This document shows positions 21,112 to 31,139 of a DNA stretch of 64,000 nt, piece by piece. This stretch comes from a bacterium (lineage in GTDB: Bacteria; Zhuqueibacterota; QNDG01; JAFGCO01). Position 1 is the stretch's first letter. Each line of letters opens with the position of its first letter. A model generated the notes under the pieces. The model had not been told where the DNA came from. It did no database searches and worked only from the letters and a program-made list of their open reading frames with translations. The stretch is taken from assembly GCA_016930535.1 (NCBI GenBank), contig JAFGGN010000062.1:207-64206 (forward strand), in the 5' to 3' direction. The position numbers were made by a program, and so were the translations under genes.

Positions 21112-22062
21112 ATGCAGTTGGAAATCCGCCATTTGCTGGGATTGGAAGGCGTCAGCAGGGAAGACATTACCCTCATTCTGGATACGGCAGAATCTTTTAA
21201 AAAGGTACTGGAAAGGCCCATCCCCAAAGTACCGACATTGCGCGGTAAAACAGTGGCCAATCTGTTTTTTGAGCCGTCGACGCGTACGCGTTTTTCATTC
21301 GAGCTGGCCGAAAAAAGAGTGTCTGCGGATACGGTGAACTTCTCGGCATCCACATCGAGCGTGCTGAAAGGGGAAACCCTGAAGGATACGGCCAGGAACA
21401 TTGAAGCCATGAAAATCGATTTTGTCGTGATGCGGCATTCGGCACCGGGAGCCCCTCATTTCCTGGCCCGCTGCCTGAACTCCGTCATTATCAATGCAGG
21501 GGACGGAGCGCATGAACATCCCACCCAGGCCCTGCTCGATATGATGACAATGCGGGAGCAATTCACCAGTCTGGAGGGGCTGAAGGTGATTGTTGTCGGC
21601 GATATCGAACACAGCCGTGTGGCCAGATCCAATATATACGGATTGGTGACCATGGGAGCCCATGTGGGCGTGTGCGGCCCGGCTACCATGATACCGCGGC
21701 AAATGGAAGATCTTGGCGTCACCGTATATCCGGCCATCGAAGACGCTCTGGCCGAGGCCGATGTGCTGAATATACTGCGTATACAGCTGGAGCGTCAAAA
21801 ACAGGCGCTTTTCCCCTCGCTGCGTGAATACAGAAACCTGTTCGGGATCACGCTGGAACGGCTTGACAGGACGGGCCGTGATATCATGATTATGCATCCC
21901 GGTCCCATTAACCGGGGTGTGGAGCTGGACAGCAATGTGGCTGATGGCGATTATTCAGTGATCCTCGACCAGGTGACAAACGGCGTGGCCGTGCGCATGG
22001 CGGTTCTGTATCTTCTGGGAGGAGAACGGCAGAAACTTGAAGGAGATGATCATGCCGCTTAA
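21112..22062 (+). CDS. pyrB: Aspartate carbamoyltransferase catalytic subunit
   Basis: [40 protein letters not shown]. Confidence 0.97.
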   Translation: MQLEIRHLLGLEGVSREDITLILDTAESFKKVLERPIPKVPTLRGKTVANLFFEPSTRTRFSFELAEKRVSADTVNFSASTSSVLKGETLKDTARNIEAMKIDFVVMRHSAPGAPHFLARCLNSVIINAGDGAHEHPTQALLDMMTMREQFTSLEGLKVIVVGDIEHSRVARSNIYGLVTMGAHVGVCGPATMIPRQMEDLGVTVYPAIEDALAEADVLNILRIQLERQKQALFPSLREYRNLFGITLERLDRTGRDIMIMHPGPINRGVELDSNVADGDYSVILDQVTNGVAVRMAVLYLLGGERQKLEGDDHAA

Positions 22063-23341
22063 AATGTCCGATCAATCCGTGATTTTGAAAAATGCCAGAA
22101 TTTTTGATCCGCAGGTGAAACTGGACAAGGTCACGGATATACAAATCAGGGACGGTAAAATAATGGATATCGGACCGGCCGGTGCTTTCAAGGGCAAATC
22201 CATCGATTGTACGGGTAAAATAATCGTGCCGGGTCTTATGGATATGCATGTTCATCTCAGAGAGCCGGGCCACGAACACAAGGAGACCATTCGTACCGGA
22301 TGCAATGCGGCAGCGGCAGGCGGTTTTACCGAAATCTGCTGCATGCCTAATACGTCTCCCCCCATCGACTGCCGCAGCGATGTTGAATTCATCAAGGAAA
22401 GGTCCGCGGGGCATCTGGTCGACGTCCATCCCATTCCCGCCGTAACGGTCGGCATGGCGGGAGAAAAACTGACAGAAATGGGGGATATGGTGGAAGCGGG
22501 AGCCGTCGGATTTTCCGATGACGGCAGGCCCGTAGCCACAGCGGGGCTGTTGCGCCGGGCCATCGAATATGCGGGCATGTTCGGCAAGCCCATCATCGAT
22601 CATTGTGAAGATCCTTCCCTGGCTCAGGATGGCGTCATGCATGAAGGCCGTGTGTCGACAGCGCTGGGAATGCCCGGCATCCCGGGCATCGCCGAGGATA
22701 TTGCGGTCATGCGCGACATTCTGGTGGCTGAATACACCGGAGGCACGGTGCATATCGCCCATGTATCATCCGCAGGAGCGGTCCGGCTGATCCGTGAAGC
22801 CAAAGCCAGGGGCGTCAGGGTTACGGCAGAAACCTGTCCGCATTATCTGGTGCTGACCGATGAAATTATCCGGCAGTTCGATACATTTACGAAGATGAAT
22901 CCCCCCCTGCGGAGCGAAACCGATCAGCAGGCCCTGATCGGCGGTTTAAAAGACGGCACCATCGATGCGATTGCCACGGATCATGCTCCTCATGCATACG
23001 AAGACAAGGAATGCGAGTTCAAAGAGGCTGCATTCGGCATCGTCGGTCTGGAAACCGCTCTCGGCATCATGTGGACCCATTTTATCGATAAGGGGATCTT
23101 GAATCTTGAAAACCTGGTCCGGCTGATGTCGGTCAGGCCGCGTGAAATATTAAATCTGGCAACGAATAAAATAGAGAAAGGAGCGGTTGCAAATCTGACC
23201 GTGATCGATCCCGAAGCAGCATGGGTGGTTGACAGTGCCGCTTTTGAATCCAAATCGCGGAACACGCCTTTTCAGGGATGGAACCTGAAGGGCAGGGCTT
23301 TTGGTGTGATGAACCGGGGCAGGATGATTTTCCCGGTTTAA
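22052..23341 (+). CDS. pyrC: Dihydroorotase (type I)
   Basis: [39 protein letters not shown]. Confidence 0.95.
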   Translation: MPLKMSDQSVILKNARIFDPQVKLDKVTDIQIRDGKIMDIGPAGAFKGKSIDCTGKIIVPGLMDMHVHLREPGHEHKETIRTGCNAAAAGGFTEICCMPNTSPPIDCRSDVEFIKERSAGHLVDVHPIPAVTVGMAGEKLTEMGDMVEAGAVGFSDDGRPVATAGLLRRAIEYAGMFGKPIIDHCEDPSLAQDGVMHEGRVSTALGMPGIPGIAEDIAVMRDILVAEYTGGTVHIAHVSSAGAVRLIREAKARGVRVTAETCPHYLVLTDEIIRQFDTFTKMNPPLRSETDQQALIGGLKDGTIDAIATDHAPHAYEDKECEFKEAAFGIVGLETALGIMWTHFIDKGILNLENLVRLMSVRPREILNLATNKIEKGAVANLTVIDPEAAWVVDSAAFESKSRNTPFQGWNLKGRAFGVMNRGRMIFPV

Positions 23342-23378
23342 CGGTTCCAATTCAATCAAAACGAGGAGGGTATAAAAG

Positions 23379-23927
23379 TTGCTTTATGTACCCAAAGAAG
23401 CGTTTCTGACCAAAGGGGTCGGAAGACATAAAGAAAAACTGACAAGCTTTGAACAGGCCTTGCGGGATGCAGGTATCGCCCAGTTGAATCTGGTTCGTGT
23501 GTCGAGTATATTCCCGGGGAACTGCAAACTTCTTTCCAGGGAAAAGGGGCTCACAAAACTGACACCGGGCGCCATTACGTTTTGCGTGATGAGTGACAAT
23601 GCCACCAACGAACCCAACCGGCTGATTGCCGCTTCAGTGGGTCTCGCTATCCCCAAGGATCGTAATCATTACGGATACCTGTCCGAACATCACAGCTTTG
23701 GCGAACGCGAACAAAAGGCCGGTGATTATGCCGAGGACCTGGCCGCCGAAATGCTGGCCACCATTCTGGGTGTGCATTTCGATCCGGATAAAAGTTATGA
23801 TGAGAAGAAGGAGATCTGGAAAATCAGCGGTGAAATTGTCAATACACGCAATATCACCCAGACCGCGATCGGTCAAAAAGACGGTCTTTGGACGACCGTT
23901 GTCGCTGCAGCCGTTTTTGTTTCCTGA
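23379..23927 (+). CDS. pdaD: Pyruvoyl-dependent arginine decarboxylase
   Basis: SFEQALRDAGIAQLNLVRVSSIFP with the Ser-Ser self-cleavage site; YGYLSEHH. Confidence 0.9.
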   Translation: MLYVPKEAFLTKGVGRHKEKLTSFEQALRDAGIAQLNLVRVSSIFPGNCKLLSREKGLTKLTPGAITFCVMSDNATNEPNRLIAASVGLAIPKDRNHYGYLSEHHSFGEREQKAGDYAEDLAAEMLATILGVHFDPDKSYDEKKEIWKISGEIVNTRNITQTAIGQKDGLWTTVVAAAVFVS

Positions 23928-24048
23928 TCTCCGGCTGGATTGCATTGGGGTGAGGCGGCCGCCCGTCTCCCCCGGTTTTCTTTACGCCTGCGCTTTGAAT
24001 TTAACCCGTCTGAACGGATGAAGCCGATCGTTTCAGAGGAGAGGTGAT

Positions 24049-24921
24049 ATGGATTATCTTGATGCCGGCCGGAATTTTTTAGGAATCGAAAACTGCCATA
24101 CCTGGAATGAAGCCAGCTTTGCCATTCTTCCGGTTCCTCTTGAAAAAACGACCAGTTATCTGCACGGCACTGGCGGGGGCCCTGCGGCCATCCTCGAGGC
24201 CTCCCGCCAGGTCGAGATGTACGACGATGAATGCCTCTGTGAAACCTACAGGAAAGGCATCGTGACGCTTTTACCCATGACCTTTGAAAAGGATTCGCAT
24301 CAAAGGGCCGTCGATAAAATCACCACTCAGACGAAAAAAATTCTGAAACATAAAAAGAAACCGGTGCTCATCGGCGGCGAACACAGCCTCAGTATCGGCG
24401 CCGTTCGCGCAATGACCGAAAAATATCCGGATCTGCATGTACTTCATCTGGATGCACATGCGGACCTGCGTGAGGAGTATGAAAACTCCGATTTGAACCA
24501 TGCCTGCGTCATGTCGCAAATCCGGAATCTCTGCTCCTTTACCAGCGTGGGTATACGGAGCCTCTCCAAAGAAGAGTCGGACACCATCCATAACGGGCTG
24601 CTCGATGTCTGGACGGTACATAAACTGCGGAGACAAGACGACTGGATACAGGAGGTGATGAAGCATCTGCATGACCCGCTTTATATCAGTCTGGACCTTG
24701 ACGTATTCGATCCTTCCGTCATTCCCAATGTGGGAACACCCGAACCCGGCGGGCTTTTTTGGGATGAATGCCTGCGGTTTTTGAAAGCTGTATTCGGGCG
24801 TCATCAGGTGGCGGGGATGGACATGGTGGAACTGAGTCCGGAATCAGGCCCCGCCTACGGTGTTTTTTCAGCGGCCAAACTCCTTTACCGGCTGATCGGG
24901 TACTGGGGAAGACAAGAATAA
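24049..24921 (+). CDS. speB: Agmatinase
   Basis: GGEHS, DAHADL, DLDVFDP, GTPEPGG, DMVE ureohydrolase motifs; follows arginine decarboxylase. Confidence 0.9.
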   Translation: MDYLDAGRNFLGIENCHTWNEASFAILPVPLEKTTSYLHGTGGGPAAILEASRQVEMYDDECLCETYRKGIVTLLPMTFEKDSHQRAVDKITTQTKKILKHKKKPVLIGGEHSLSIGAVRAMTEKYPDLHVLHLDAHADLREEYENSDLNHACVMSQIRNLCSFTSVGIRSLSKEESDTIHNGLLDVWTVHKLRRQDDWIQEVMKHLHDPLYISLDLDVFDPSVIPNVGTPEPGGLFWDECLRFLKAVFGRHQVAGMDMVELSPESGPAYGVFSAAKLLYRLIGYWGRQE

Positions 24922-25175
24922 AGATTAAAGAACAAAGAACAAAGAACAAAGATATAGACATGATTCGGGGATGTCGTCGGATTGGACCGTGAAACGGCGA
25001 ACCGGAGCGGGGGAGAACCGGAGAGGAAAACAGGATTCAAACAAGACCGTGACCGGCCGATATAATATTATCGCCTTTTCTCCGTTTCTCTGTTACTCCG
25101 ATTCTCCGTTTCATTTTCCGCTTCAACGACCTGATGACCCAATGACCCAAAGACCCGTTGACCCAAGAGACCTGA
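24914..25175. repeat. Modular intergenic repeat, copy R6
   Basis: Six heptamers 24914-24955, CCGTGAAACGG arm, inverted TTCTCCGTTTC arm, GACCCAAT module 25125-25170. Confidence 0.85.
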
Positions 25176-25230
25176 AACATCCGTCCGCCAGCATAATGTC
25201 CAATTAGAATGATTTCTTCCACCAAAATTC

Positions 25231-25259
25231 TTGACAATAAAACCTTTATTGCGTATATT
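25231..25259 (+). promoter_or_regulatory. Sigma70-type promoter of rplM operon
   Basis: TTGACA(25231)-17 bp-TATATT(25254). Confidence 0.7.
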
Positions 25260-25300
25260 TAGAAGCTTTGCAACAAAAAATGCAGGAGGAGATAACAACT

Positions 25301-25732
25301 GTGAAGACCGTTGTGCCAAAAATTGAACAGGCAAATCAAAAATGGTACGTTGTGGATGCAAACGATCAGGTACTGGGTCGTGTCGCCTCCAAGGTTGCCG
25401 TATTGCTTCGAGGCAAGCATAAACCGCAGTTCACACCGCACCTGGACCTGGGTGATCATGTGATCATCGTAAATGCTGATAAAGTCAAAGTGACCGGACG
25501 CAAAATTCAGCAGAAGCGTTATACTCAATATTCCGGTTATCCGGGCGGATTGCATGTGAGGGATTACAGCCGGGTCATGCAGCTGTATCCGGAAAGAGTT
25601 TTGAAAAGCGCGGTAAAGGGTATGCTGCCCAAAAACCGCCTGGGACGCAGGATTTTCAAGAAACTGAAAGTATATACGGGCCCCGATCATCCGCATCAGG
25701 CTCAGAAACCCGAAGTATTTTCATTAAATTGA
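25301..25732 (+). CDS. rplM: 50S ribosomal protein L13
   Basis: WYVVDA..VLGRVAS..LRGKHKP.FTPH.D.GD; GTG start after AGGAGG. Confidence 0.97.
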   Translation: MKTVVPKIEQANQKWYVVDANDQVLGRVASKVAVLLRGKHKPQFTPHLDLGDHVIIVNADKVKVTGRKIQQKRYTQYSGYPGGLHVRDYSRVMQLYPERVLKSAVKGMLPKNRLGRRIFKKLKVYTGPDHPHQAQKPEVFSLN

Positions 25733-25739
25733 GGGGATC

Positions 25740-26132
25740 ATGAAGGGTACGACATATTATGCAACCGGCAGGCGCAAGGAGTCCGTGGCCAGAGTCTGGC
25801 TGGCGCCCGGATCCGGTAAAATTGTAGTAAATAAACAGGAAGTCATGGATTATTTCAGAAGGCCGACACTGGACATGATCATCCGGCAGCCTTTTGGCGT
25901 GACGGAAACCGTCGGTCAGTACGATGTCAATGCCACCGTGAAAGGCGGCGGACTGACAGGACAGGCCGGTGCCATGCTGCTGGGTATCGCCCGTGCACTG
26001 GTGCAGGTGAACGAGGATATGCGTAAATCGTTGAGGGGCGCCGGATTTTTAACCCGTGATCCCAGAGAAAAGGAACGGAAAAAATACGGTCAGCCGGGCG
26101 CCAGAAAACGGTTTCAGTTTTCGAAACGTTAA
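25740..26132 (+). CDS. rpsI: 30S ribosomal protein S9
   Basis: [41 protein letters not shown]. Confidence 0.98.
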   Translation: MKGTTYYATGRRKESVARVWLAPGSGKIVVNKQEVMDYFRRPTLDMIIRQPFGVTETVGQYDVNATVKGGGLTGQAGAMLLGIARALVQVNEDMRKSLRGAGFLTRDPREKERKKYGQPGARKRFQFSKR

Positions 26133-26157
26133 CGGATCTGTTTTTATATTTGCGAAT

Positions 26158-26251
26158 CACACACATTCTCTGATTTTCAAATGGGTGTCCGCTTTACGGC
26201 GTGCCGTAAGGCGGATTTTTTGAAAAGCCGACGGGAATGGTGGGAGAACCC
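26158..26251 (+). ncRNA. rpsB 5' leader (S2 autoregulatory / t44-like structure)
   Basis: CACACATTC pairs with GGAATGGTG; internal GGGTGT motif; hairpin GCTTTACGGC-GT-GCCGTAAGGC directly upstream of rpsB. Confidence 0.55.
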
Positions 26252-26270
26252 AATTCATAAGGAGTAAAAA

Positions 26271-27053
26271 ATGCCTGAAATCACACTGCAGCAACTGCTC
26301 ATGGCCGGATCTCATTTCGGCCACCTGACCCGCCGCTGGAATCCCAAAATGAAACCCTACATTTTCATGGAGCGCAGCGGCATCTATATCATCGATCTGA
26401 ACAAGACACTGAAGTATCTGATGGAAGCCGTTCAGATGATCGGCAATATTGTTCAAAGCGGTGAGCCCATATTGTTTCTTGGCACAAAAAAGCAGGCCAA
26501 GGATATTATCAAAGTGGAGGCTGAACGTTGCGGTATGCCCTATGTCACGGAAAGGTGGATGGGCGGAACCCTGACCAATTTCAGCACCATCAAGAAAAGC
26601 ATCAAGCATCTGAAAAGCCTTGAGAAGATGGCCAGCGACGGCACATACGACAATCTTTTGAAAAAAGAGATTCTTCGTATCGAAAGAACCAAGGAAAAAC
26701 TGGAAAAAAGTCTGGGCGGTATCAAGGACATGCCCCGGCTGCCCGGCGGACTTTTTGTCGTGGATACAAAAAAGGAAGCCATTGCCGTCGCAGAAGCGAA
26801 CAAACTGAATATTCCCGTATTTGGCGTGGTGGATACCAATTGTAATCCCGATCCCATTAATTATCCGATTCCGGCCAATGACGATGCCTTTAAATCCATC
26901 AGTCTGATTGTGCATACCATTTCGGATGCGGTTATCGAAGCCAGATCGAAGAGCGATCGTATCATGGAGGCCATGAAGGAAATCGGGGAAGAAGCCGAAG
27001 CGGAAGAAAAACCGCCGGTACAGGAAGAAGAACCGGTAGCAAAATCCGAATAA
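26271..27053 (+). CDS. rpsB: 30S ribosomal protein S2
   Basis: GSHFGHLTRRWNPKM, GTKKQA, RWMGGTLTN, DTNCNP, PANDDA. Confidence 0.98.
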   Translation: MPEITLQQLLMAGSHFGHLTRRWNPKMKPYIFMERSGIYIIDLNKTLKYLMEAVQMIGNIVQSGEPILFLGTKKQAKDIIKVEAERCGMPYVTERWMGGTLTNFSTIKKSIKHLKSLEKMASDGTYDNLLKKEILRIERTKEKLEKSLGGIKDMPRLPGGLFVVDTKKEAIAVAEANKLNIPVFGVVDTNCNPDPINYPIPANDDAFKSISLIVHTISDAVIEARSKSDRIMEAMKEIGEEAEAEEKPPVQEEEPVAKSE

Positions 27054-27133
27054 TCTGATCCAACGCGATTCATCGTGAACGACTGACCGGCCGCGGTGAA
27101 TCGCGCGTTGATCATAAATCGAAGGAGAAGTTG

Positions 27134-27733
27134 ATGTCTATATCTGCATCGGAAGTAAAGAAACTCCGGGATATGACCGGAGCCGGAATGATGGACTGCA
27201 AAAATGCCCTGAATGAAACGAATGGCGATGTGGAAAAAGCCGTTGAATTCTTACGGAAAAAAGGTATCGCATCCGCTGCAAAGCGGTCAGGCCGTGACGT
27301 GAATGAAGGCGTCATCATGTCTTATATTCACCCCGGCAACCGTCTGGGCGTTCTGGTTGAATTGAACTGTGAAACGGATTTTGTGGCTAAAACGGATGAT
27401 TTTCTGAATCTTGCCAAGGATATTGCCATGCAGATAGCGGCGAGCAATCCGGCGGCCGTCAATAGAGAAGATGTTCCCCAGTCCGTTGTCGAGAAAGAAA
27501 TGGAAATTTTCCGGATGCAGGCAAAGGAAGAGGGAAAACCCGACCATGTGGCCGAGAAAATCATTCATGGCCGGCTCGAAAAATACTATCAGGAAGCCGC
27601 ACTCATGGAGCAGAGCTTTGTGAAGAATCCTGATAAAACCATCAAGGAACATCTCATGGAAGTTTCGGGCAAACTGGGTGAAAACATGTCTGTGGGCCGT
27701 TTTGTCCGTTTCCAGATCGGAGAGGGTGCCTGA
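27134..27733 (+). CDS. tsf: Elongation factor Ts (short form)
   Basis: VKKLRDMTGAGMMDCKNAL, VELNCETDFVA, RFVRFQIGE. Confidence 0.97.
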   Translation: MSISASEVKKLRDMTGAGMMDCKNALNETNGDVEKAVEFLRKKGIASAAKRSGRDVNEGVIMSYIHPGNRLGVLVELNCETDFVAKTDDFLNLAKDIAMQIAASNPAAVNREDVPQSVVEKEMEIFRMQAKEEGKPDHVAEKIIHGRLEKYYQEAALMEQSFVKNPDKTIKEHLMEVSGKLGENMSVGRFVRFQIGEGA

Positions 27734-27855
27734 CAGGCTGTATGTCTCTTTGGTTTAACCCGACCCGGTTTCACCGGGAGACTTGATTTCAAGCGGTATC
27801 TTCGGTTTTTTTAATTTCTCATTATCCTGTTCTGCAACATTTTCAGGGACTCGTC

Positions 27856-28593
27856 GTGGCGAAAAAAAATCAAAAACCAGTGCCAAAGTACAAGCGGATT
27901 CTGTTGAAACTCAGCGGAGAAGCACTGAGGGCCAGCCGGGAGCTTGAAATCGATCCTTCGATTGTGCGCAAAATCGCGGATGAGATTAAAACCGTCCGGG
28001 ATCTCGGTGTGGAAATCGGGATCGTGATCGGCGGCGGGAATATATTCCGCGGTCTTTCCGCCAGCGCCCGGGGAATGGACCGGGTTGCGGCGGATCATAT
28101 GGGCATGCTTGCAACCGTGATCAACGCCCTCGCTTTGCAGGATTTTCTAGAAAAAGACGGTGTTCCGACCATTGTACAATCCGCCATCCGGCTTGAAGCC
28201 ATGGCCGAACCGTATATACGCAGGCGTGCGATCAATCATCTGACAAAGGGTCGTGTGGTTATTTTTGCGGCGGGGACGGGGAATCCGTATTTTACAACGG
28301 ATACGGCTGCGGCGCTCAGGGCCATTGAAATCGATTCGGACGCCATTTTGAAAGGCACGAAGGTCGACGGCATTTATTCGGCCGATCCGGTTCAGGACCA
28401 GAATGCAAAAAAAATCATGGAAATCAGTTATGCAGAGGTGATTGAAAAAAGACTGGGTGTCATGGATGCGACAGCGGTGACGCTTTGCCGTGAAAACGAG
28501 ATCCCGATTGTCGTTTTCAAACTGCTTGAACCGGACAATCTGAAGCGGGTGGTGCTCGGGGAACCCGTAGGTTCAATCGTACAGGGAGATTAA
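27856..28593 (+). CDS. pyrH: UMP kinase
   Basis: [45 protein letters not shown]. Confidence 0.98.
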   Translation: MAKKNQKPVPKYKRILLKLSGEALRASRELEIDPSIVRKIADEIKTVRDLGVEIGIVIGGGNIFRGLSASARGMDRVAADHMGMLATVINALALQDFLEKDGVPTIVQSAIRLEAMAEPYIRRRAINHLTKGRVVIFAAGTGNPYFTTDTAAALRAIEIDSDAILKGTKVDGIYSADPVQDQNAKKIMEISYAEVIEKRLGVMDATAVTLCRENEIPIVVFKLLEPDNLKRVVLGEPVGSIVQGD

Positions 28594-28594
28594 C

Positions 28595-29152
28595 ATGATC
28601 GAACTTATCGTTGATGACGCCAAAGATCGCATGGAAAAATCCGTATCCAGTACGCATCAGGAACTGGGAACGGTGCGTACCGGCAGGGCCACGCCCTCAT
28701 TGCTCGATTCAGTCAAGGTGGATTATTACGGCAGTATGATGCCCTTGAAACAGGTGGCCAATATCGCGGTTCCTGAACCCCGCATGCTGACCGTGCATCC
28801 ATGGGACAGAAGCATGCTCGCACCGATAGAAAAAGCGATTTTGAAGGCGGATATCGGCATCACGCCAAACAATGACGGACATATTATACGCCTGCCCATC
28901 CCCGCACTGACCGAGGAACGGCGTAAAGAAATGGTCAAACTGGTACACAAACTCGGTGAAGACGGCAGAATCGCGATTCGTAACGTTCGCAGAGATGCTC
29001 TGAACGCCCTCAAGAAAGCCCAGAAGGACAAGGAAATTTCAGAAGACGAGGAATCGAACGCCGGTATCGATATTCAGGAACTGACGGACAGTTACGTTCA
29101 GAAAATCGACGATATGATCAAGGCCAAGGAAAAGGAAGTAATGGAAGTATAA
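28595..29152 (+). CDS. frr: Ribosome recycling factor
   Basis: RTGRATPSLLD, LTEERRKE, AIRNVRRD. Confidence 0.98.
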   Translation: MIELIVDDAKDRMEKSVSSTHQELGTVRTGRATPSLLDSVKVDYYGSMMPLKQVANIAVPEPRMLTVHPWDRSMLAPIEKAILKADIGITPNNDGHIIRLPIPALTEERRKEMVKLVHKLGEDGRIAIRNVRRDALNALKKAQKDKEISEDEESNAGIDIQELTDSYVQKIDDMIKAKEKEVMEV

Positions 29153-29180
29153 GTTCATGTGTTTATAACAGAGCAGATTG

Positions 29181-29210
29181 AAAAGGGGATCCGGCCGGAT
29201 CCCTTTTTTT
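29181..29210 (+). terminator. Intrinsic terminator after frr
   Basis: AAAAGGGGATCCG-GC-CGGATCCCTTTTTTT. Confidence 0.85.
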
Positions 29211-29377
29211 ATTAATCGTATTGAGTCTGGCGGAACGATTTTTCACCGATTGAAATCAAATTGCCTTGCATTTGTTGTTCATACCTTTTATAATGGAATA
29301 TCCATATTCAATCATAAAAAATTCCGGCAACCCGGGGTGCCATGATTGTTATGATCCAATGAAAGCGAGGTGAAGTT

Positions 29378-30778
29378 TTGGGCGGATTTTTTGCAGTTGC
29401 ATCCAAAGATGATTGTGTGCAGGATCTGTTTTACGGAACGGATTATCATTCCCATCTGGGTACGAAAAGGGGCGGATTGGTGGTCATGTCCGGGGAAAGT
29501 ATGAGCCGCGGCATCCATAATATCGAAAATGCCCAGTTCCGGTCGAAATTTGAGGATGATATCCTTGAGTTCCATGGCCGGTCGGGAATCGGCGTGATCA
29601 GTGATACGGATTCACAGCCGCTGTTGATCAATTCGCATCTCGGACAGTACGGTATTGTAACCGTAGCGAAAATCAACAATATGAAGTCACTGATCGACCA
29701 GGCTTTCCGGAACCGGCGGGCGCATTTTTCCGAAATGAGCGGAGGGTCGATCAGTCCGACAGAACTCGTGGCCACACTGATCAATCACGGAGACACATTT
29801 GAGGAGGGGCTGCGGTATGCTCAGGAGACCATCGACGGATCCTGTTCCATTCTTCTGTTGACCGAAAAGGGAATTTATGCAGCCCGCGATTTTTTCGGAC
29901 GTACGCCGATCATTATCGGACGCAAGAAAAATGCATTTTGTGCAACTTTCGAAACATGCGCGTTTTACAATCTGGACTATGAACTGCATCATGAACTGGG
30001 TCCCGCTGAGGTTGTGCTGCTGACGGCCGAAGGTATTCAAACAGTGCTCCCTGCCATCGACCAGCTTCGTATCTGTTCCTTCCACTGGATCTATTATGGA
30101 TACCCGGCATCTTCATACGAAGGGATTAACGTGGAGAGCACGCGGTATCGGTGCGGGATTGCACTGGCGCGAAGAGACAATGTAAAAGTGGATATGGTCG
30201 CGGGCATTCCGGATTCCGGAAGTGCCCATGCTTTGGGGTATGCGCATGAAACCAAACTGCCTTACGGCCGGCCGTTCGTGAAATACACGCCCACATGGCC
30301 CCGGAGTTTTATGCCGCAAAACCAGAACATCAGGGATCTGGTGGCCAGAATGAAACTGATTCCGATACGGGACCTGATTCATGGCAAACGGCTGCTGTTC
30401 TGCGAAGATTCAATTGTGCGCGGGACACAGCTCAAGGATACAATCAGGCGTCTGTTCGATCTGGGCGCCAGGGAAATCCATATGCGGCCCGCGTGCCCGC
30501 CGCTGATACACGGATGCCGGTTTCTGAATTTTTCACAATCGAGATCCGAACTGGACCTGGCCGGACGCCGGGCAATAGCAGCCATGGAAAACGATGCCGA
30601 AACCGTACCTCCGGTTTATTCGGATCCGGATTCCGATCAATACGGGAACATGGTGGAACGCATATGTGACGAACTCAATCTGACTACTTTGCAGTATCAG
30701 CGCCTTCCGGACATGGTTCAGGCCATCGGACTGCCGAAGGATAAGTTGTGCACCTATTGCTGGGATGGCAAGGGATGA
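29378..30778 (+). CDS. purF: Amidophosphoribosyltransferase, MGGFF-type lacking the N-terminal Cys
   Basis: ARDFFGRTP, GIPDSG, VKYTPTWPRSF, EDSIVRGT PRPP motif, Fe-S cysteines (CSFHWIY, RPACPP, CTYC); TTG start. Confidence 0.88.
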   Translation: MGGFFAVASKDDCVQDLFYGTDYHSHLGTKRGGLVVMSGESMSRGIHNIENAQFRSKFEDDILEFHGRSGIGVISDTDSQPLLINSHLGQYGIVTVAKINNMKSLIDQAFRNRRAHFSEMSGGSISPTELVATLINHGDTFEEGLRYAQETIDGSCSILLLTEKGIYAARDFFGRTPIIIGRKKNAFCATFETCAFYNLDYELHHELGPAEVVLLTAEGIQTVLPAIDQLRICSFHWIYYGYPASSYEGINVESTRYRCGIALARRDNVKVDMVAGIPDSGSAHALGYAHETKLPYGRPFVKYTPTWPRSFMPQNQNIRDLVARMKLIPIRDLIHGKRLLFCEDSIVRGTQLKDTIRRLFDLGAREIHMRPACPPLIHGCRFLNFSQSRSELDLAGRRAIAAMENDAETVPPVYSDPDSDQYGNMVERICDELNLTTLQYQRLPDMVQAIGLPKDKLCTYCWDGKG

Positions 30779-30887
30779 CACAGTTACAGTTCAACGGGAT
30801 CTGCCGGATGCTTTGTAACCGTTCATTCACAAACTGATATCGCATCCGGGGGCAGCCTTGAAACGGAGTCCGCTTTTAAAATACTGC

Positions 30888-30934
30888 TTGACTTCCCGGT
30901 CGGAATAATGTATATTGTTTCTACTTGTAGAAAC
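30888..30934 (+). promoter_or_regulatory. trp operon promoter with adjacent palindrome
   Basis: TTGACT(30888)-17 bp-TATATT(30911); GTTTCTAC-TT-GTAGAAAC (30917-30934). Confidence 0.65.
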
Positions 30935-30951
30935 GCGGAAGAAGAAAAACG

Positions 30952-31020
30952 ATGATTTTTAGCGGGACAAACATGTTGAACAATGCTTGGTGGTGGTGGA
31001 CAAGCAAAGGGCCTGCCTAA
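30952..31020 (+). CDS. trpL: Trp attenuator leader peptide MIFSGTNMLNNAWWWWTSKGPA (alternative start 30973)
   Basis: Four consecutive TGG codons (30988-30999) in a 22-codon ORF directly upstream of trpD; not in the ORF track. Confidence 0.88.
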   Translation: MIFSGTNMLNNAWWWWTSKGPA

Positions 31021-31044
31021 CGGAGCGGAGAGGAATTGAGATAG

Positions 31045-31120
31045 AAAAGGTGGGAGCCCAGATGCGTGTTCTCACCTTTTTTATTTAAAGTCGTGAGAAC
31101 AAACTCACGACTTTTTTTTT
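31045..31120 (+). terminator. trp attenuator hairpins (two tandem stem-loops with T-tracts)
   Basis: AAAAGGTGGGAGC/GTTCTCACCTTTT (31045-31080) and AAAGTCGTGAG/CTCACGACTTT+T (31087-31120). Confidence 0.8.
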
Positions 31121-31139
31121 ATATGAAGGAGGAATTTTT

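Noticed and set aside
29300-29377. Purine/ZTP/PRPP riboswitch upstream of purF
   Set aside because: Only a short GGCA-N8-TGCC hairpin; no aptamer consensus recognisable
30780-31139. T-box riboswitch for the trp operon
   Set aside because: No T-box consensus seen; the 4xTrp leader peptide explains regulation
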